DNA from: a bacterium
GTDB taxonomy: Bacteria > JADJOY01
Assembly: GCA_046331705.1 (NCBI GenBank)
Contig: JAXLQJ010000001.1
Coordinates: 248,001 to 312,000, forward strand
Reading direction: 5' to 3'
DNA: 64,000 bases
The notes under the pieces are model-generated. The model saw only the letters and a program-made list of their open reading frames with translations, did not search any database and was not told the origin of the DNA. The translations under genes were made by a program, and so were the position numbers. Below are positions 44,193 through 58,582 of the stretch, piece after piece (the first letter of the stretch is position 1; the number at the start of each line of letters is the position of its first letter).

Positions 44193-45782
44193 TCAGCGCG
44201 CGTAATGCACCGAACGCGTCTCACGCACGACCGTCACCTTGATCTGACCCGGAAAGGTCATCTCGTCCTCGATCTTCTTCGCGATGTCCCGCGCGATGAC
44301 GAGCGCTCCGTCGTCCGTCACGCGCTGGCTCTGGACGATCACGCGGAGCTCGCGGCCGGCCTGGATCGCGTAGGACTTCTCGATCCCTTCGAAGCTTCCG
44401 GCGATCCGCTCGAGGTCTTCCAGACGCTGGATGTAGCTCGCGAGCATCTCGCGGCGCGCACCCGGTCGCGCCCCGCTAATGGCATCGGCGGCCTGCACCA
44501 ACACGGGCAGGATGCCTTCCTGTGGAATGTCCTCGTGGTGCGCCGCGATCGCGTGCACGATCTCGCTTGGCTCGTGAAACTTCTGTGCGATCTCGCCGCC
44601 GATGACGGCGTGCGACCCCTCCACCTCGTGGGACACCGCCTTGCCGATGTCGTGAAGCAAGGCGGCTCGGCGCGCCTTGCGCGGATCGAGACCGAGCTCT
44701 GCCGCCATGGCGCCACACAGAAACGCCGCCTCGATCGAATGCTGCAGCACGTTCTGCGTGTAGCTCGTCCGGTACTTGAGCATGCCGAGCGTCCGCACGA
44801 TCTCCGGATGGACGCCGCGGACCCCGACCTCGTAGAGGGCCTGTTCCCCGGCCTCCTTCACGCTCGCCTCGACCTCCGCGCTCACCTTGGCGACGGTGTC
44901 CTCGATCCGCGTCGGATGGATGCGCCCGTCCGCGATGAGCGCTTCGAGCGTACGACGCGCGACCTCGCGCCGGATGGGGTTGTGGCAGGAGATGATGACC
45001 GTCTCGGGCGTGTCGTCGACGATCAGGTCGACGCCGGTTGCGGCCTCGATCGCCCGGATGTTCCGTCCCTCGCGACCGATGATGCGGCCTTTGAGCTCGT
45101 CGCTCGGCAACGGGAAGACCGTGACCGTACGCTCGGCCACGTACTCGCCGGCGTAGCGCTGGATCGCCTGACCGATGATCCACTTGGCCTTCTGCTCGGC
45201 GTTCTCCCGCGCCTCGTCCTCGATCTTTCGGACCAGCTTGACGCTCTCGTGCTTGGCCTCGTCGATGACGCGCTCGACGATCTGCCGCTTGGCTTCCTCG
45301 GCGCTCATACCCGCCACCGACTCGAGCTTCTCGAGCGCTCGTTGGTGAAGCTCGTCGACCTCCGCCGCGCGCGCGCTGACCGTCTGATCCCTCTGCTTGA
45401 TCGCGGTGTCGCGCTTGTCGAGCTCCGCCAGGCGCGCGTCCGCCTGGTCCATCTTCCGATCGAGGTGCTCCTCGCGCTGCAGCAATCGTTTCTCGAGCGC
45501 TTGGATCTCGCGGCGCTCTTCCCGGGTCTGCTCCTCGAACTCGGACTTGGCGCGGAAGATGAAATCCTTCGCCTGCAGCTCCGCTTCGCGCCGGCGGTTC
45601 TCGGCCTCGCGCTCCGCCTGCGCAACGACGTCTCGGGCTCGCTGCCGCTCGGCTTCGAGCTTCTCCCGCTCGGCTTCCACCTGGGCGCCGGAGACCGTCT
45701 GTTTGAGCCAGAAGCCCACGCCGCCGCCGACGGCGAGCCCACCCATGAGACCCAAAGCGATTCCCGCGAAGTCCATCGTCAT
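44193..45782 (-). CDS. rny: Ribonuclease Y
   Basis: TM anchor, coiled coil, KH (KGRIIGREGRNIR), HD (LLHDIGKA), SGARPGAR. Confidence 0.97.
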   Translation of the reverse strand: MTMDFAGIALGLMGGLAVGGGVGFWLKQTVSGAQVEAEREKLEAERQRARDVVAQAEREAENRRREAELQAKDFIFRAKSEFEEQTREERREIQALEKRLLQREEHLDRKMDQADARLAELDKRDTAIKQRDQTVSARAAEVDELHQRALEKLESVAGMSAEEAKRQIVERVIDEAKHESVKLVRKIEDEARENAEQKAKWIIGQAIQRYAGEYVAERTVTVFPLPSDELKGRIIGREGRNIRAIEAATGVDLIVDDTPETVIISCHNPIRREVARRTLEALIADGRIHPTRIEDTVAKVSAEVEASVKEAGEQALYEVGVRGVHPEIVRTLGMLKYRTSYTQNVLQHSIEAAFLCGAMAAELGLDPRKARRAALLHDIGKAVSHEVEGSHAVIGGEIAQKFHEPSEIVHAIAAHHEDIPQEGILPVLVQAADAISGARPGARREMLASYIQRLEDLERIAGSFEGIEKSYAIQAGRELRVIVQSQRVTDDGALVIARDIAKKIEDEMTFPGQIKVTVVRETRSVHYAR

Positions 45783-46411
45783 GCCTCCTCGGGCACCGGA
45801 GCCGCGCGCTCGCGCGTGGCGCTCTCGGTGCGTTTCGGAGCGAAGGTCCACGATTCGGTCACGATCCAGTCCATCGGCGCGTCGTCCGCGTCGCGCGGAA
45901 GCTCATCGAGGACCTGAAAGTCGAACGCCAAGCCGACGACGCAGCGTGGCCGCGTCGCCCGATCGCCCAACAACCGGTCGTAGTATCCGCCCCCATAGCC
46001 CAAGCGGTGCCCGCGGCGGTCGAACGCCACCCCCGGAACCGCGATCACGTCGATCGAACCAGGATCCACGTGCTCCTGCGCTGATCCACGGGGCTCGAGA
46101 ATCCCGAATGCCCCGGGCGCCAGATCCGACCACCGATCCACCGCATAGAAATCCAAGCGGCGCACGGCGCGCTGAACCTGCGGAAAGCTCACCCGCTTCC
46201 CGCAAGCGCGTGCGCGCTCGAACACCCGCTCGGTGGCGACCTCACCGCGCGTCGCCGCATAGAGCGCCAGATCCACACCGCGCTCGACGGCTTCCAAGGC
46301 GAGGAAACGCGCCTGCACGCGCGCGGAAAGCGCCACGTGAAGCCGCGCTTCCTGTGCCTCGCGCGTGCGCAGGAGCTGGTGCCGAACTTCTGCTTTCGAC
46401 CTGCCGACCAC
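45779..46411 (-). CDS. ygfA: 5-formyltetrahydrofolate cyclo-ligase
   Basis: FGILEP, VPGVAFD, RLGYGGGYYDR. Confidence 0.93.
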   Translation of the reverse strand: MVGRSKAEVRHQLLRTREAQEARLHVALSARVQARFLALEAVERGVDLALYAATRGEVATERVFERARACGKRVSFPQVQRAVRRLDFYAVDRWSDLAPGAFGILEPRGSAQEHVDPGSIDVIAVPGVAFDRRGHRLGYGGGYYDRLLGDRATRPRCVVGLAFDFQVLDELPRDADDAPMDWIVTESWTFAPKRTESATRERAAPVPEEA

Positions 46412-46901
46412 CGATCCCCCCGGTGCGGCGATCGTGAGCCCAACGGCTCGCTATGGACTCGTTCGGGGCGTGCGATTCAGCGGTGAACTTCCGACCCTCG
46501 GTGCGCGGCCGTGTGGCTCGCAGCCGGGCGATTCGCTCGTCAGGGCAACCCGTGCCCCATCGGGCTCACCTCGGCCGTGTCGCCAACCCTGTACGTGCAT
46601 CCTGCCACCCGCGCCCTACGATCGTTCGTTTCGTTCGCTGCGATTCGACGAGACTCGACTCTCCCGGGCCCCCGATCGGATCCGCGGCCCGCGCGTGTGG
46701 CGCGGACGAACCCGCGTGTCACTTCATCGACCCGACCGGGTGAGCACCACTGCGGCAAGGCGGTCAGCCCGCCGCTCGCTTCTCATCGCCCCGTCCTTCA
46801 TCCAGTAGGACCGTCCTCGGGGGGCACTCGATCGCCACCCTCGTCACGATCGCGTCACCTGCCTGAACCTTCCCGCATGGTCCGAGCCATGCTCGAAAAG
46901 T

Positions 46902-47081
46902 GTTCCCCCGCAAATCTGCCGTGTCGAAGTGTCCGTTGAACCATCAACGTGACGTGGGCACCATGTCACCGTTCCGGCGATCCCGTTGACCGGGCCCCAC
47001 CTTTCCGGCGAGTGACGGTTCCCAGGGAATGAAATGTTGGTTCTAACGTATCCCAGTCGATCACGAACAGCGCAGGGGAAC
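46902..47081 (-). ncRNA. ssrS: 6S RNA
   Basis: About 180 nt between zapA and ygfA (conserved synteny); ends pair (GTTCCCCTGC / GCGGGGGAAC); internal GAACCA/TGGTTC pairing. Confidence 0.88.
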
Positions 47082-47144
47082 GATTCCTAGTTTCGTCTGT
47101 TACAGCACCATTCCATCGAGTTCCACAGCTCACGAAGCCGGCGC

Positions 47145-47453
47145 TCATGCCAGTTGCGCATCGAGCCGGTCACACATCGCATCGGCCCACTCCTTCACCT
47201 GTCCTCGCGCCTCGTCCAGATCGTCGCGGACACGAACGTAATCCGCCGCGAGGTTGAGTGCCGTGAGAATCGCGATCTCGGCGACATCCGTGGACCGAGA
47301 TCGGTTGCGAATCTCCTCCATCGTCCGGATCACCAGGCTCGTCACGGCCTCCACGCTTTCCCGCGGCGCCGCGCTCTGTATGGTGAGCGTCCGACCGAGA
47401 ACCCGGATCGGGTAAGCCCGCTTGAGGACGCTTTCTCCGTCAGGCGTGCTCAT
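47145..47453 (-). CDS. zapA: Cell division protein ZapA
   Basis: IRVLGRTLTI, IAILTALNLA; upstream of 6S RNA. Confidence 0.85.
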   Translation of the reverse strand: MSTPDGESVLKRAYPIRVLGRTLTIQSAAPRESVEAVTSLVIRTMEEIRNRSRSTDVAEIAILTALNLAADYVRVRDDLDEARGQVKEWADAMCDRLDAQLA

Positions 47454-47724
47454 GATTTCCGATCCGCTTCTCAAATCCGGCCAGCGCCCCCAGCAGCTCG
47501 TCGACCTCTTGCCGCGCATGCTGCCGGGCGCGCAGCAGATCGGCGATCCTCGCTTCGAGCGTCGCGCGCTCCTGGTCCTGCTGACGCACTTGGGCGAGCA
47601 AGCGAGCGCGCTCGTCGCGCAGTGACCGGAGCTCGCCGAGCAATCGCTCGACGCGTGCCTCGACGCCGGCCAGCCCTGGGCCGATCTCGGGTGCGTCGAC
47701 TCGGGTATCGAGGTCCTGTGCCAC
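47440..47724 (-). CDS. zapB: ZapB-like coiled-coil protein
   Basis: All heptad coiled coil (VEARVERLLGELRSLRDE); overlaps the zapA start. Confidence 0.6.
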   Translation of the reverse strand: MAQDLDTRVDAPEIGPGLAGVEARVERLLGELRSLRDERARLLAQVRQQDQERATLEARIADLLRARQHARQEVDELLGALAGFEKRIGNHEHA

Positions 47725-47735
47725 CGCTCGGTACG

Positions 47736-49271
47736 TTAAGGGCCTGCGCGAGGAAAGTCAAGAATTGCCGATGGTTGGCCGAAGTCGCGGCGACGGTAGA
47801 CGAGAAACTCCGGGTGGTCGAGCTCGGTGACACGCTGCCAGGGGCCGCTCGGCGAATCGAGATCCGCCACCCACGGCTCGGGCAGTAGGCCGAGTCGCCA
47901 GCGCTCGAGGACCAGCACGCGAACCCCCGCCGCGGCGGCGGGGAAATCCGTGAAGCCCACCGCGTCCAATCGAGCGAGATACGGCGCGACTCCCAGGAAC
48001 CGATAGGCATTCCTGCGGTGGGCAAGATAGGGGATCTCGCTACCGGTCGAGAGAATCGGCTCGTCCGAAGCGGTCGTCGCTGCGACGTACGCGGCCACCC
48101 GAAGCTGATAGCTCAAGGTCAGCGGCCGAGCTCGCCAACCGGCGAGCAGCGGTTCGACCCGCGATCCGCGCGGTGGGCAATCCGTCAAGAACACCAGCAG
48201 CGACACGCATTGCACGAGCGCCGTCGTCGACCACGCCAATCGCGCTCGCCAGCCGGGTGGCCGGGTCGCCAGCCACTCGCCCGCGGCGAGACACAGGCCG
48301 GGCAACGCTGGGATCAGGTAGTGGTCGTAGAGCTCGTAGCTCACGAGCGACATGACCAGGATCGGCACGACCAGCGCGGCGGCGACGCCGCGCGTGCCCC
48401 GGCACGAAGGCGAGACCAACGCGACGAGACCCAGCGGCAACACCAGCGACAGCGGCAGCACGACGACGCGCCACCACTCGCTCACTCGATGGCTGACGTC
48501 GAGGCCGCCCGCGTAGCCGCGGCTCAGTCCCTGCAAGAAGGTGCGTTGGACGTAGACGTGGACCTGACCCGTTCGCGCCAGCCAGGCGAACAACACCGCT
48601 TGGACGAGCAGGAAACCGACGCAAAAGAGCGCGACGACGCGCCCACGGCGACTCTCCTCCCTTCGGGATAACGTCCAGACGAGGAGGCCGAGCGCGACCA
48701 GCAAGGCGGGCTGCTTGAACAAGCTCGCCACGCCGAGCGCGATCCCGGCGGCGCACGCTCGGACGAACTTCAGGCTGGAGTCGCTACGCCCGGTGAGGAA
48801 CAACGCCGCGAGCATGGCCAGCGCGGCGACCGGCGATTCCGTGTACCCGTAGCCCGAGAGCCGTACAGCGGCGGCGAGAGTCGCGTAGAGACCCGCGCCA
48901 GCCGCACCCGCGAGCTCTCCGCCGAGCCGACGGCCCAGCCGAGCCACCGCGAAGATGACGAAGAGATCCGGGATGATCGACGTCAGATGACAAGCCAACG
49001 GCCCGTTGCCGAACGCCGTGAAACACGCGACGTACCAGTAGTAGATGCCCGGGGGCTTGTTGTTGAACAGCGCGAGGGGGCCCGAGCCCTCGTCGATCAT
49101 CCGCGTCGCGACGTAGGCATAGTTGGCGGAGTCGTAGTCGAGCGGACGGTCGCCGAGCCACAAGCGCGCGGCCACGCCGACTGCAACGACGGCCAGCGCG
49201 ACCAGCGCGTGGACGCGAGACGATTCGAGCGTGCGCCCAGCCTCGGAAGACGGCGGCACCGCGAAGGTCAT
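47736..49271 (-). CDS. ArnT/PMT-like GT-C glycosyltransferase
   Basis: DYDSANYAYVA, NNKPPG, YTE, FKQP, HYLIP; many TM helices. Confidence 0.8.
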   Translation of the reverse strand: MTFAVPPSSEAGRTLESSRVHALVALAVVAVGVAARLWLGDRPLDYDSANYAYVATRMIDEGSGPLALFNNKPPGIYYWYVACFTAFGNGPLACHLTSIIPDLFVIFAVARLGRRLGGELAGAAGAGLYATLAAAVRLSGYGYTESPVAALAMLAALFLTGRSDSSLKFVRACAAGIALGVASLFKQPALLVALGLLVWTLSRREESRRGRVVALFCVGFLLVQAVLFAWLARTGQVHVYVQRTFLQGLSRGYAGGLDVSHRVSEWWRVVVLPLSLVLPLGLVALVSPSCRGTRGVAAALVVPILVMSLVSYELYDHYLIPALPGLCLAAGEWLATRPPGWRARLAWSTTALVQCVSLLVFLTDCPPRGSRVEPLLAGWRARPLTLSYQLRVAAYVAATTASDEPILSTGSEIPYLAHRRNAYRFLGVAPYLARLDAVGFTDFPAAAAGVRVLVLERWRLGLLPEPWVADLDSPSGPWQRVTELDHPEFLVYRRRDFGQPSAILDFPRAGP

Positions 49272-49356
49272 GAGTGACGACGACGACGCACGCGAAGGCG
49301 GCCGTTGCCCGCATGGGCAATCGGTGCCGCCGCGTGGACGATTCGACGAGTGTAGG

Positions 49357-51807
49357 TCAGCCGGGCTCGGTCACCACTCGCTCCTCGCGCTCGGCGAGGC
49401 GCGCGACGTCGACGACGCGCTCCGACTCACTCAGATCGATGAGCCGTACTCCTTGCGTGTTCCGGCCCATGGCGCTGATGCCCGCGACCGGCGTTCGAAT
49501 CACCTTTCCACTGTTGGCGATGAGCATGACCTCGTCGTCGTCGGCCACCAAGCGAGCCCCCACCACAGGCCCGTTCCGGCCCTGCGTCTTGATGGTGATC
49601 ACGCCTTTTCCGGCCCTTCCCTGCACCGGGTAGTCGCTGACGGGCGTGCGCTTTCCGTACCCGAGCTGGGTCACGGTCAGCACGTTCTGCCCCTCCCTCA
49701 CGAGCTCCATGGCAACGACCTGGTCGCCCTCGCGGAGCTCGATCCCGCGCACGCCAGCGGCGGTCCGCCCCATCGGTCGCACCTCTTCCTCGCGGAAGCG
49801 GATCGACAGACCATCGCGGGTCGCGAGCATCACGTCGTTCTGCCCGTCGGAGAGCACCGCCGCGATCATCTCGTCGCCGTCTTGGACCCCGAGGGCGATG
49901 ACGCCGTTGTTGCGCGCGTTGGAGAAGGACGACAGCGGCGTCTTCTTCACCTTCCCCTCGCGCGTGGCGAGCACCACGAAGCGATCGTCTCGGAACTCGC
50001 TCGTGGTCAGGAACCCAACCACCTTCTCCCCCGCCTCCAGCCGGATCAGGTTGACGACCGCCTTGCCGCGGGCCGCCCGCCCCGCTTCCGGAATCTGGTG
50101 GACCTTGAGCCAGAACGCTCGCCCCTGGTTCGTGAAGAGCAGGACGTAGTCGTGGGTCGACGCCACGAACAGGTTTTCGACGAAATCCTCCTCCCGCGTC
50201 TCCATGCCGGTCACGCCTTTGCCGCCGCGGCGCTGCTGCCGGTAGAGCGTGAGCGGGTTGCGCTTGATGTAGCCTTCGTGGGACACGGTCACGACCATGT
50301 CCTCCACTTGGATGAGATCCTCGATGTCGATGTTCGACTCGCCACGGACGATCTCGGTGCGGCGCGGCTCGGCGTAGCTCTCCCGCACTTCCTCGAGCTC
50401 CTTCACGACCTCGTCGAGCAGCAACGCGTCGCTGCCGAGGATCTCGCGCAGTCGACCGATCTCCTTCATCACCTCCGCGTACTCGTGGTCGAGCTTCTCG
50501 CGTTCGAGAGCGGTGAGGCGGGCGAGACGCATGTCCAGGATCGCGCGCGCTTGACGCTCCGAGAGCGAGAACCGCGTCTCGAGCGCGGTCTGCGCCTCGT
50601 CCGTCGAGCCGCTGGTGCGGATGATCCGGATCACCTCGTCGAGGTTCGCGATGGCGATCCGCAGCCCCTCCAAGATGTGGGCGCGATCCTCCGCCTTGCG
50701 GAGCTCGAAGGTGAAGCGACGCGTGAGAACCTCGCGACGGAACGCGAGGAACCGATCGAGCGTCTCGCGAATGCCGAGCGTCCGCGGCCCGCCATCGACG
50801 ATGGCGACCACGTTCACGCCAAACGAGGTCTGCAGCGGAGTGTGCTTGTAGAGCTGGTTGAGAACGACCTCGGGGATCACGTCGCGACGCAAGTCGAGCA
50901 CCACGCGGATGCCCTCTCGGCTCGACTCGTCCCGCAAGTCCGACACACCTTCGATGCGCTTCTCGCGGACCAGCTCGGCGATCTTCTCGACCATCCGCGC
51001 CTTGTTCACCTGATACGGAATCTCGGTGATGACGATTCGCTGCCGATCCGCGCGCGGCATCGACTCGACGGCCGCGCGCCCGCGCACCTGGAGGATCCCT
51101 CGACCCGTGCTGAAGGCGCTCAGGATGCCGCCGTCGTCGAGGATGATCCCACCGGTGGGAAAATCCGGGCCGGGCACGATCTCCATCAGCTCGGCGAGTG
51201 TCGTCGCAGGAGCGCGCGCCACGCGAATCAGCGCATCGATGATCTCACCGAGATTGTGCGGCGGGATGTTCGTGGCCATGCCGACGGCGATGCCGCTCGA
51301 GCCATTGACCAGGAGGTTCGGGAAACGGGCGGGGAGGACGACCGGTTCGACCGACGAGTCGTCGTAGGTCGGCGTGAAATCGACCGTCTCCTTGTCGAGG
51401 TCGTTGAGCAGCTCCATGGCGAGCGGCTCCATGCGCACTTCCGTGTAGCGCATGGCCGCCGGCGGATCGCCGTCGAGCGAGCCGAAGTTGCCTTGGCCGT
51501 CGACGAGCGGCGCGCGCATGGAGAAATCCTGCGCCATCCGGACCAATGCATCGTAGGCCGCGGACTCGCCGTGCGGGTGGTACTTGCCGATCGTGTCGCC
51601 GACGACGCGCGCCGATTTCTTGTACGGACGGCCGGCGGTGTTGCCGAGGTCGTACATCGCGTAGAGGACACGGCGGTGGACGGGCTTGAGCCCGTCACGA
51701 ATGTCGGGCAGCGCACGCCCGATGATGACGCTCATCGCGTAATCGAGATACGACTGGCGCATCTCGTCTTCGATCTTGATCGGGATCGGTGCCGGAATGT
51801 CGGACAC
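49357..51807 (-). CDS. gyrA: DNA gyrase subunit A
   Basis: [22 protein letters not shown], GyrA-box QRRGGKG. Confidence 0.98.
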   Translation of the reverse strand: MSDIPAPIPIKIEDEMRQSYLDYAMSVIIGRALPDIRDGLKPVHRRVLYAMYDLGNTAGRPYKKSARVVGDTIGKYHPHGESAAYDALVRMAQDFSMRAPLVDGQGNFGSLDGDPPAAMRYTEVRMEPLAMELLNDLDKETVDFTPTYDDSSVEPVVLPARFPNLLVNGSSGIAVGMATNIPPHNLGEIIDALIRVARAPATTLAELMEIVPGPDFPTGGIILDDGGILSAFSTGRGILQVRGRAAVESMPRADRQRIVITEIPYQVNKARMVEKIAELVREKRIEGVSDLRDESSREGIRVVLDLRRDVIPEVVLNQLYKHTPLQTSFGVNVVAIVDGGPRTLGIRETLDRFLAFRREVLTRRFTFELRKAEDRAHILEGLRIAIANLDEVIRIIRTSGSTDEAQTALETRFSLSERQARAILDMRLARLTALEREKLDHEYAEVMKEIGRLREILGSDALLLDEVVKELEEVRESYAEPRRTEIVRGESNIDIEDLIQVEDMVVTVSHEGYIKRNPLTLYRQQRRGGKGVTGMETREEDFVENLFVASTHDYVLLFTNQGRAFWLKVHQIPEAGRAARGKAVVNLIRLEAGEKVVGFLTTSEFRDDRFVVLATREGKVKKTPLSSFSNARNNGVIALGVQDGDEMIAAVLSDGQNDVMLATRDGLSIRFREEEVRPMGRTAAGVRGIELREGDQVVAMELVREGQNVLTVTQLGYGKRTPVSDYPVQGRAGKGVITIKTQGRNGPVVGARLVADDDEVMLIANSGKVIRTPVAGISAMGRNTQGVRLIDLSESERVVDVARLAEREERVVTEPG

Positions 51808-51905
51808 TGCCCCTCCGTGGCCATGGCCCGCGTGAATCACGCGAGCGCGGAAAGTCGATCAGCGGCGCACCGAGCGATTTCGCCCGGCGTCAGCCGCTCG
51901 TGGGT

Positions 51906-55483
<3,578 letters not shown>

Positions 55484-55497
55484 GGGGGCGTGACGAG

Positions 55498-56616
55498 TCA
55501 GATTCGCATCGGCATGACGATGGCGAGGAAATTGGGATTCCCGGTCTCGCGGATGGCGCCCTGGCTCAGCCCGTCCTTGAGCTCGATGTCGACCTCGGGT
55601 GCCTCGAGAACGCGGAACACGTCGAGGAGATAGGTGGCGTTGAAACCGATCGTGATGTCGGCGCCTTGGTACTCGACCTCGAGCGTCTCGACGGCCTCGC
55701 CGACGTCGGGGTGGTTGGCGGATAGACGCAGCTCGCTGGGACGAAGATCGATCTTGGCGCCGTGGGTGCGGTCGGCGGAAACGAGGCTCATCCGCTGCAG
55801 CGCACGCAGGAACTGATCCTTTTTCACCGTGGCGCGGTGCATCTCACCCCGGGGGATGACGCGCTCGTACTCGGGAAACTCGCCATCCACGTACTGAAAG
55901 AGCATGGAGAGGTCGCGCTTGCGAAGAGAGGCGTGGTGGCGGCCGAAGGCGAGGTCGACGGACTGGTCGCCGTCGAGGATGCGACGCAGCTCCGCTACGG
56001 CCTTACGCGGCAAGATGACACCTTCGTCGAGCTTGAGCCCGCCCAGATCGGCGGCGGAGGCCGTCGCGAGGGAGAGTCGATGACCGTCGGTGGCGACGAA
56101 GCGAATCTGCTCGGCTTCGGGGGTCGAGCGCGACTCGACGTAGACGCCGTTGAGGTGGTAGCGGGTTTCGTCGGTGGAGATGGCGTAGTCGACGAGGCTC
56201 AAGAGGCGACGTAGCTGGCGTTCGGGAACGGTCCGGTAGACCGCGTCTTCCATGCTCGGAATCGTGGGGAAGTCCTGAGCGGGGAGGCCGGCGATGTGGA
56301 ACTGGGATCGGCCGGAGCGGATCTCGACCCAGTGGTTTTCCATCGATCGAAGCTCGACGGATGGGTCGGGAAGCTCCTTGATGACCTCGTAGAGCTTGCG
56401 AGCATTGACGGTGACGGTTCCGGGCGTCTCGGTGGCCAGGCTCGCGATGCGGTTTCGCATGCAGATCTCGAGGTCGGTGACGACGATCTCGAGGGAGTCA
56501 TCGTGAGCCGAGAGCAAGGCGTTCGCGAGAACCGGCATGGTGTGCTTTCGCTCGACGACGCCTTGGACGAGGGCAAGGGCGCGAGCGAAGGAGTCACGGT
56601 CGATCTTGATTTCCAT
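55498..56616 (-). CDS. dnaN: DNA polymerase III beta clamp
   Basis: TDLE, RYHLNG, VATDGHRL, GEFPEY, IGFN, VMPMRI. Confidence 0.97.
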   Translation of the reverse strand: MEIKIDRDSFARALALVQGVVERKHTMPVLANALLSAHDDSLEIVVTDLEICMRNRIASLATETPGTVTVNARKLYEVIKELPDPSVELRSMENHWVEIRSGRSQFHIAGLPAQDFPTIPSMEDAVYRTVPERQLRRLLSLVDYAISTDETRYHLNGVYVESRSTPEAEQIRFVATDGHRLSLATASAADLGGLKLDEGVILPRKAVAELRRILDGDQSVDLAFGRHHASLRKRDLSMLFQYVDGEFPEYERVIPRGEMHRATVKKDQFLRALQRMSLVSADRTHGAKIDLRPSELRLSANHPDVGEAVETLEVEYQGADITIGFNATYLLDVFRVLEAPEVDIELKDGLSQGAIRETGNPNFLAIVMPMRI

Positions 56617-56918
56617 GGGCTAGGCCTCCAGGGCGGGGCGGGCGGAGGAGGACGGAGTGATGCAGTGTGGAGTGGTGATCGTGGTTGGGATGGGGGGGAA
56701 AGGTGTTCGTGTTAGTGGAGAGCGTGCGGATGTCGAGAACCGCCAAAAGGAGTTCGATACCCGAGTGTTGGAGCACACGAGCGCTGTCGATATCGGGGTC
56801 GTCGTTGTCGTCGAGAACGGCGCGGCGAGGATGCGAGGTGCCCCGAGCGTCGATTCGTCGTCCGCGGAATGACGCGTTTTCGACACGATGACGACAGCCG
56901 GATCGACGAGCGTGAACA

Positions 56919-58274
56919 TCAGCGTGCTTCCTCGAGATCGGACACGATGTGCTCGATGCGCGCTCGCAGGTCGGAATCCTCTTCCAGCTGGCGCTCGATC
57001 TTGCGCACGGCGTGGATGACGGTCGAGTGGTCTTTGCCGAATTGATCGCCGATGTGCGGGAACGACGACGAGGTCAAACGTCGACAGAGGTACATGGCGA
57101 CCTGGCGCGGTACGGTGAGTGCGCGGAGTTTTCGGTTCGAGCGCAGATCGCTCACGCGAACGTCGAAGGCCTTGGCGACGGTCTTCTGGATGTCGTCGAG
57201 GGTGATCGGTGTCTCCGGGTCTCTCAGAGCCTCGCGGAGCACCTTGCGAATCAGCTCGATGGTGATGGGCTGGCTGGTGAGCGACGCATACGCGCAGACC
57301 CGGTTGAGTGAGCCTTCGAGCTCGCGGATGTTCGAGCGGATGTGGGTCGCCAGGAAGAGTGTGGCCTCGTCGGAGAGTGCCGCGCCGTCGGATTCGGCCT
57401 TGCGTCGCAGGATCGCGACGCGGGTCTCGAGATCCGGGGCTTGCATGTCGGCGATCAATCCCCACTCGAATCGGGATCGCAAGCGATCGTCGAGCTCTGG
57501 GATGTCCTTGGGGAAGCGATCGCTGGTGACGACGATCTGGCGTTGTGCCTGGTAGAGCGAGTTGAAGGTGTAGAAGAACTCTTCCTGGGTTCGCTCGAGC
57601 TTCGCGATGAGCTGGATGTCGTCGATCAAGAGCATGTCGACGGAACGGTAGGTCGCCCGGAATTCCTCGTGCCGGTCGGACCGGATCGCGCCGATGAGCT
57701 CGTTCGTGAACGCCTCGGAGGTGACGTATCGAACGCGCGCCGTGGGCTTGCGACTCAGGACGAAGTTGCCGACGGCGTTCAAGAGATGCGTCTTGCCGAG
57801 CCCGACGTTGCCGTAGATGAAGAAGGGGTTGTAGCCGCGGACGTGTCGGTTGCCGACGGCGTACGCGGCAGCGTGGGCGAACTGATTACAGGCGCCGACC
57901 ACGAAGTTGTCGAAGCGGAACCGAGAGTCGAGTGCTCCCTGCTCGGCGACCAGCTGGAGACGGAGACCGTCGAGGGGAGTGTCGGCGGCGCCCGCGCCGG
58001 TCGCAGCCGCCGCATCGGGCGGCGAGCCGATGTCCGGCACCGCGAAGCGAACGGAAAGGGAGCGGTGCGCGGCTTCCGAGAGGCAGCGCTCGAGGAGACC
58101 GGTGTAGCGGTCCGCGATCCACTCCTTCATCGGGTTGGTCGGGACGTCGATGACGGCGACGTCGGACCGAATGACGCGTGGCGCGAGGCAGTCGATCCAT
58201 GCCTTGAACTCGAGCGGAGGTAGCTCCTGCTCGAGCCGAGTGCGCCCCTCGGACCAGACGGGATCGACGATCAT
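56919..58274 (-). CDS. dnaA: Chromosomal replication initiator DnaA
   Basis: FDNFVVG, YNPFFIYGNVGLGKTH, IDDIQ, RSRFEWGL, NIRELEG, DHSTVIHA. Confidence 0.98.
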   Translation of the reverse strand: MIVDPVWSEGRTRLEQELPPLEFKAWIDCLAPRVIRSDVAVIDVPTNPMKEWIADRYTGLLERCLSEAAHRSLSVRFAVPDIGSPPDAAAATGAGAADTPLDGLRLQLVAEQGALDSRFRFDNFVVGACNQFAHAAAYAVGNRHVRGYNPFFIYGNVGLGKTHLLNAVGNFVLSRKPTARVRYVTSEAFTNELIGAIRSDRHEEFRATYRSVDMLLIDDIQLIAKLERTQEEFFYTFNSLYQAQRQIVVTSDRFPKDIPELDDRLRSRFEWGLIADMQAPDLETRVAILRRKAESDGAALSDEATLFLATHIRSNIRELEGSLNRVCAYASLTSQPITIELIRKVLREALRDPETPITLDDIQKTVAKAFDVRVSDLRSNRKLRALTVPRQVAMYLCRRLTSSSFPHIGDQFGKDHSTVIHAVRKIERQLEEDSDLRARIEHIVSDLEEAR

Positions 58275-58320
58275 GGCTTGCTGACGAAGAGGGAGCAGGT
58301 GACCCCCCCCAGGGGCAGGG

Positions 58321-58390
58321 TTCTCCACACCTTCATCCACAAGTGTTGATAAGTCGGAAATGGATAATGAAATCAGCCAACTATAGTGGC
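58321..58390. other. Putative oriC / DnaA-box cluster
   Basis: TTCTCCACA (58321), TCATCCACA (58333), TGTTGATAA (58344), AATGGATAA (58359) in an AT-rich patch between dnaA and rpmH. Confidence 0.6.
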
Positions 58391-58582
58391 CGCCAGCGGC
58401 GGTGAACTACCCTCGGTACGCCGCGCGCCGCGAAGCGAGCCTGCGGAGGGCCCAAGCAGGCGATTTTCTACCAGATTGGGTACCGTGGTGCAAGAAGACC
58501 GCGGCTGTGAAGACGGCGGTTGATGGTCGGATTCCGCGGCGAGAATCGCCCCCGAGCGGGGCCCGGGAAGAGCGGCCCGTTC

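Noticed and set aside
46520..46640. Hammerhead-like core words (GAAA ... CTGACGA) on the minus strand
   Set aside because: Stem II does not pair and no NUH cleavage triplet precedes stem I
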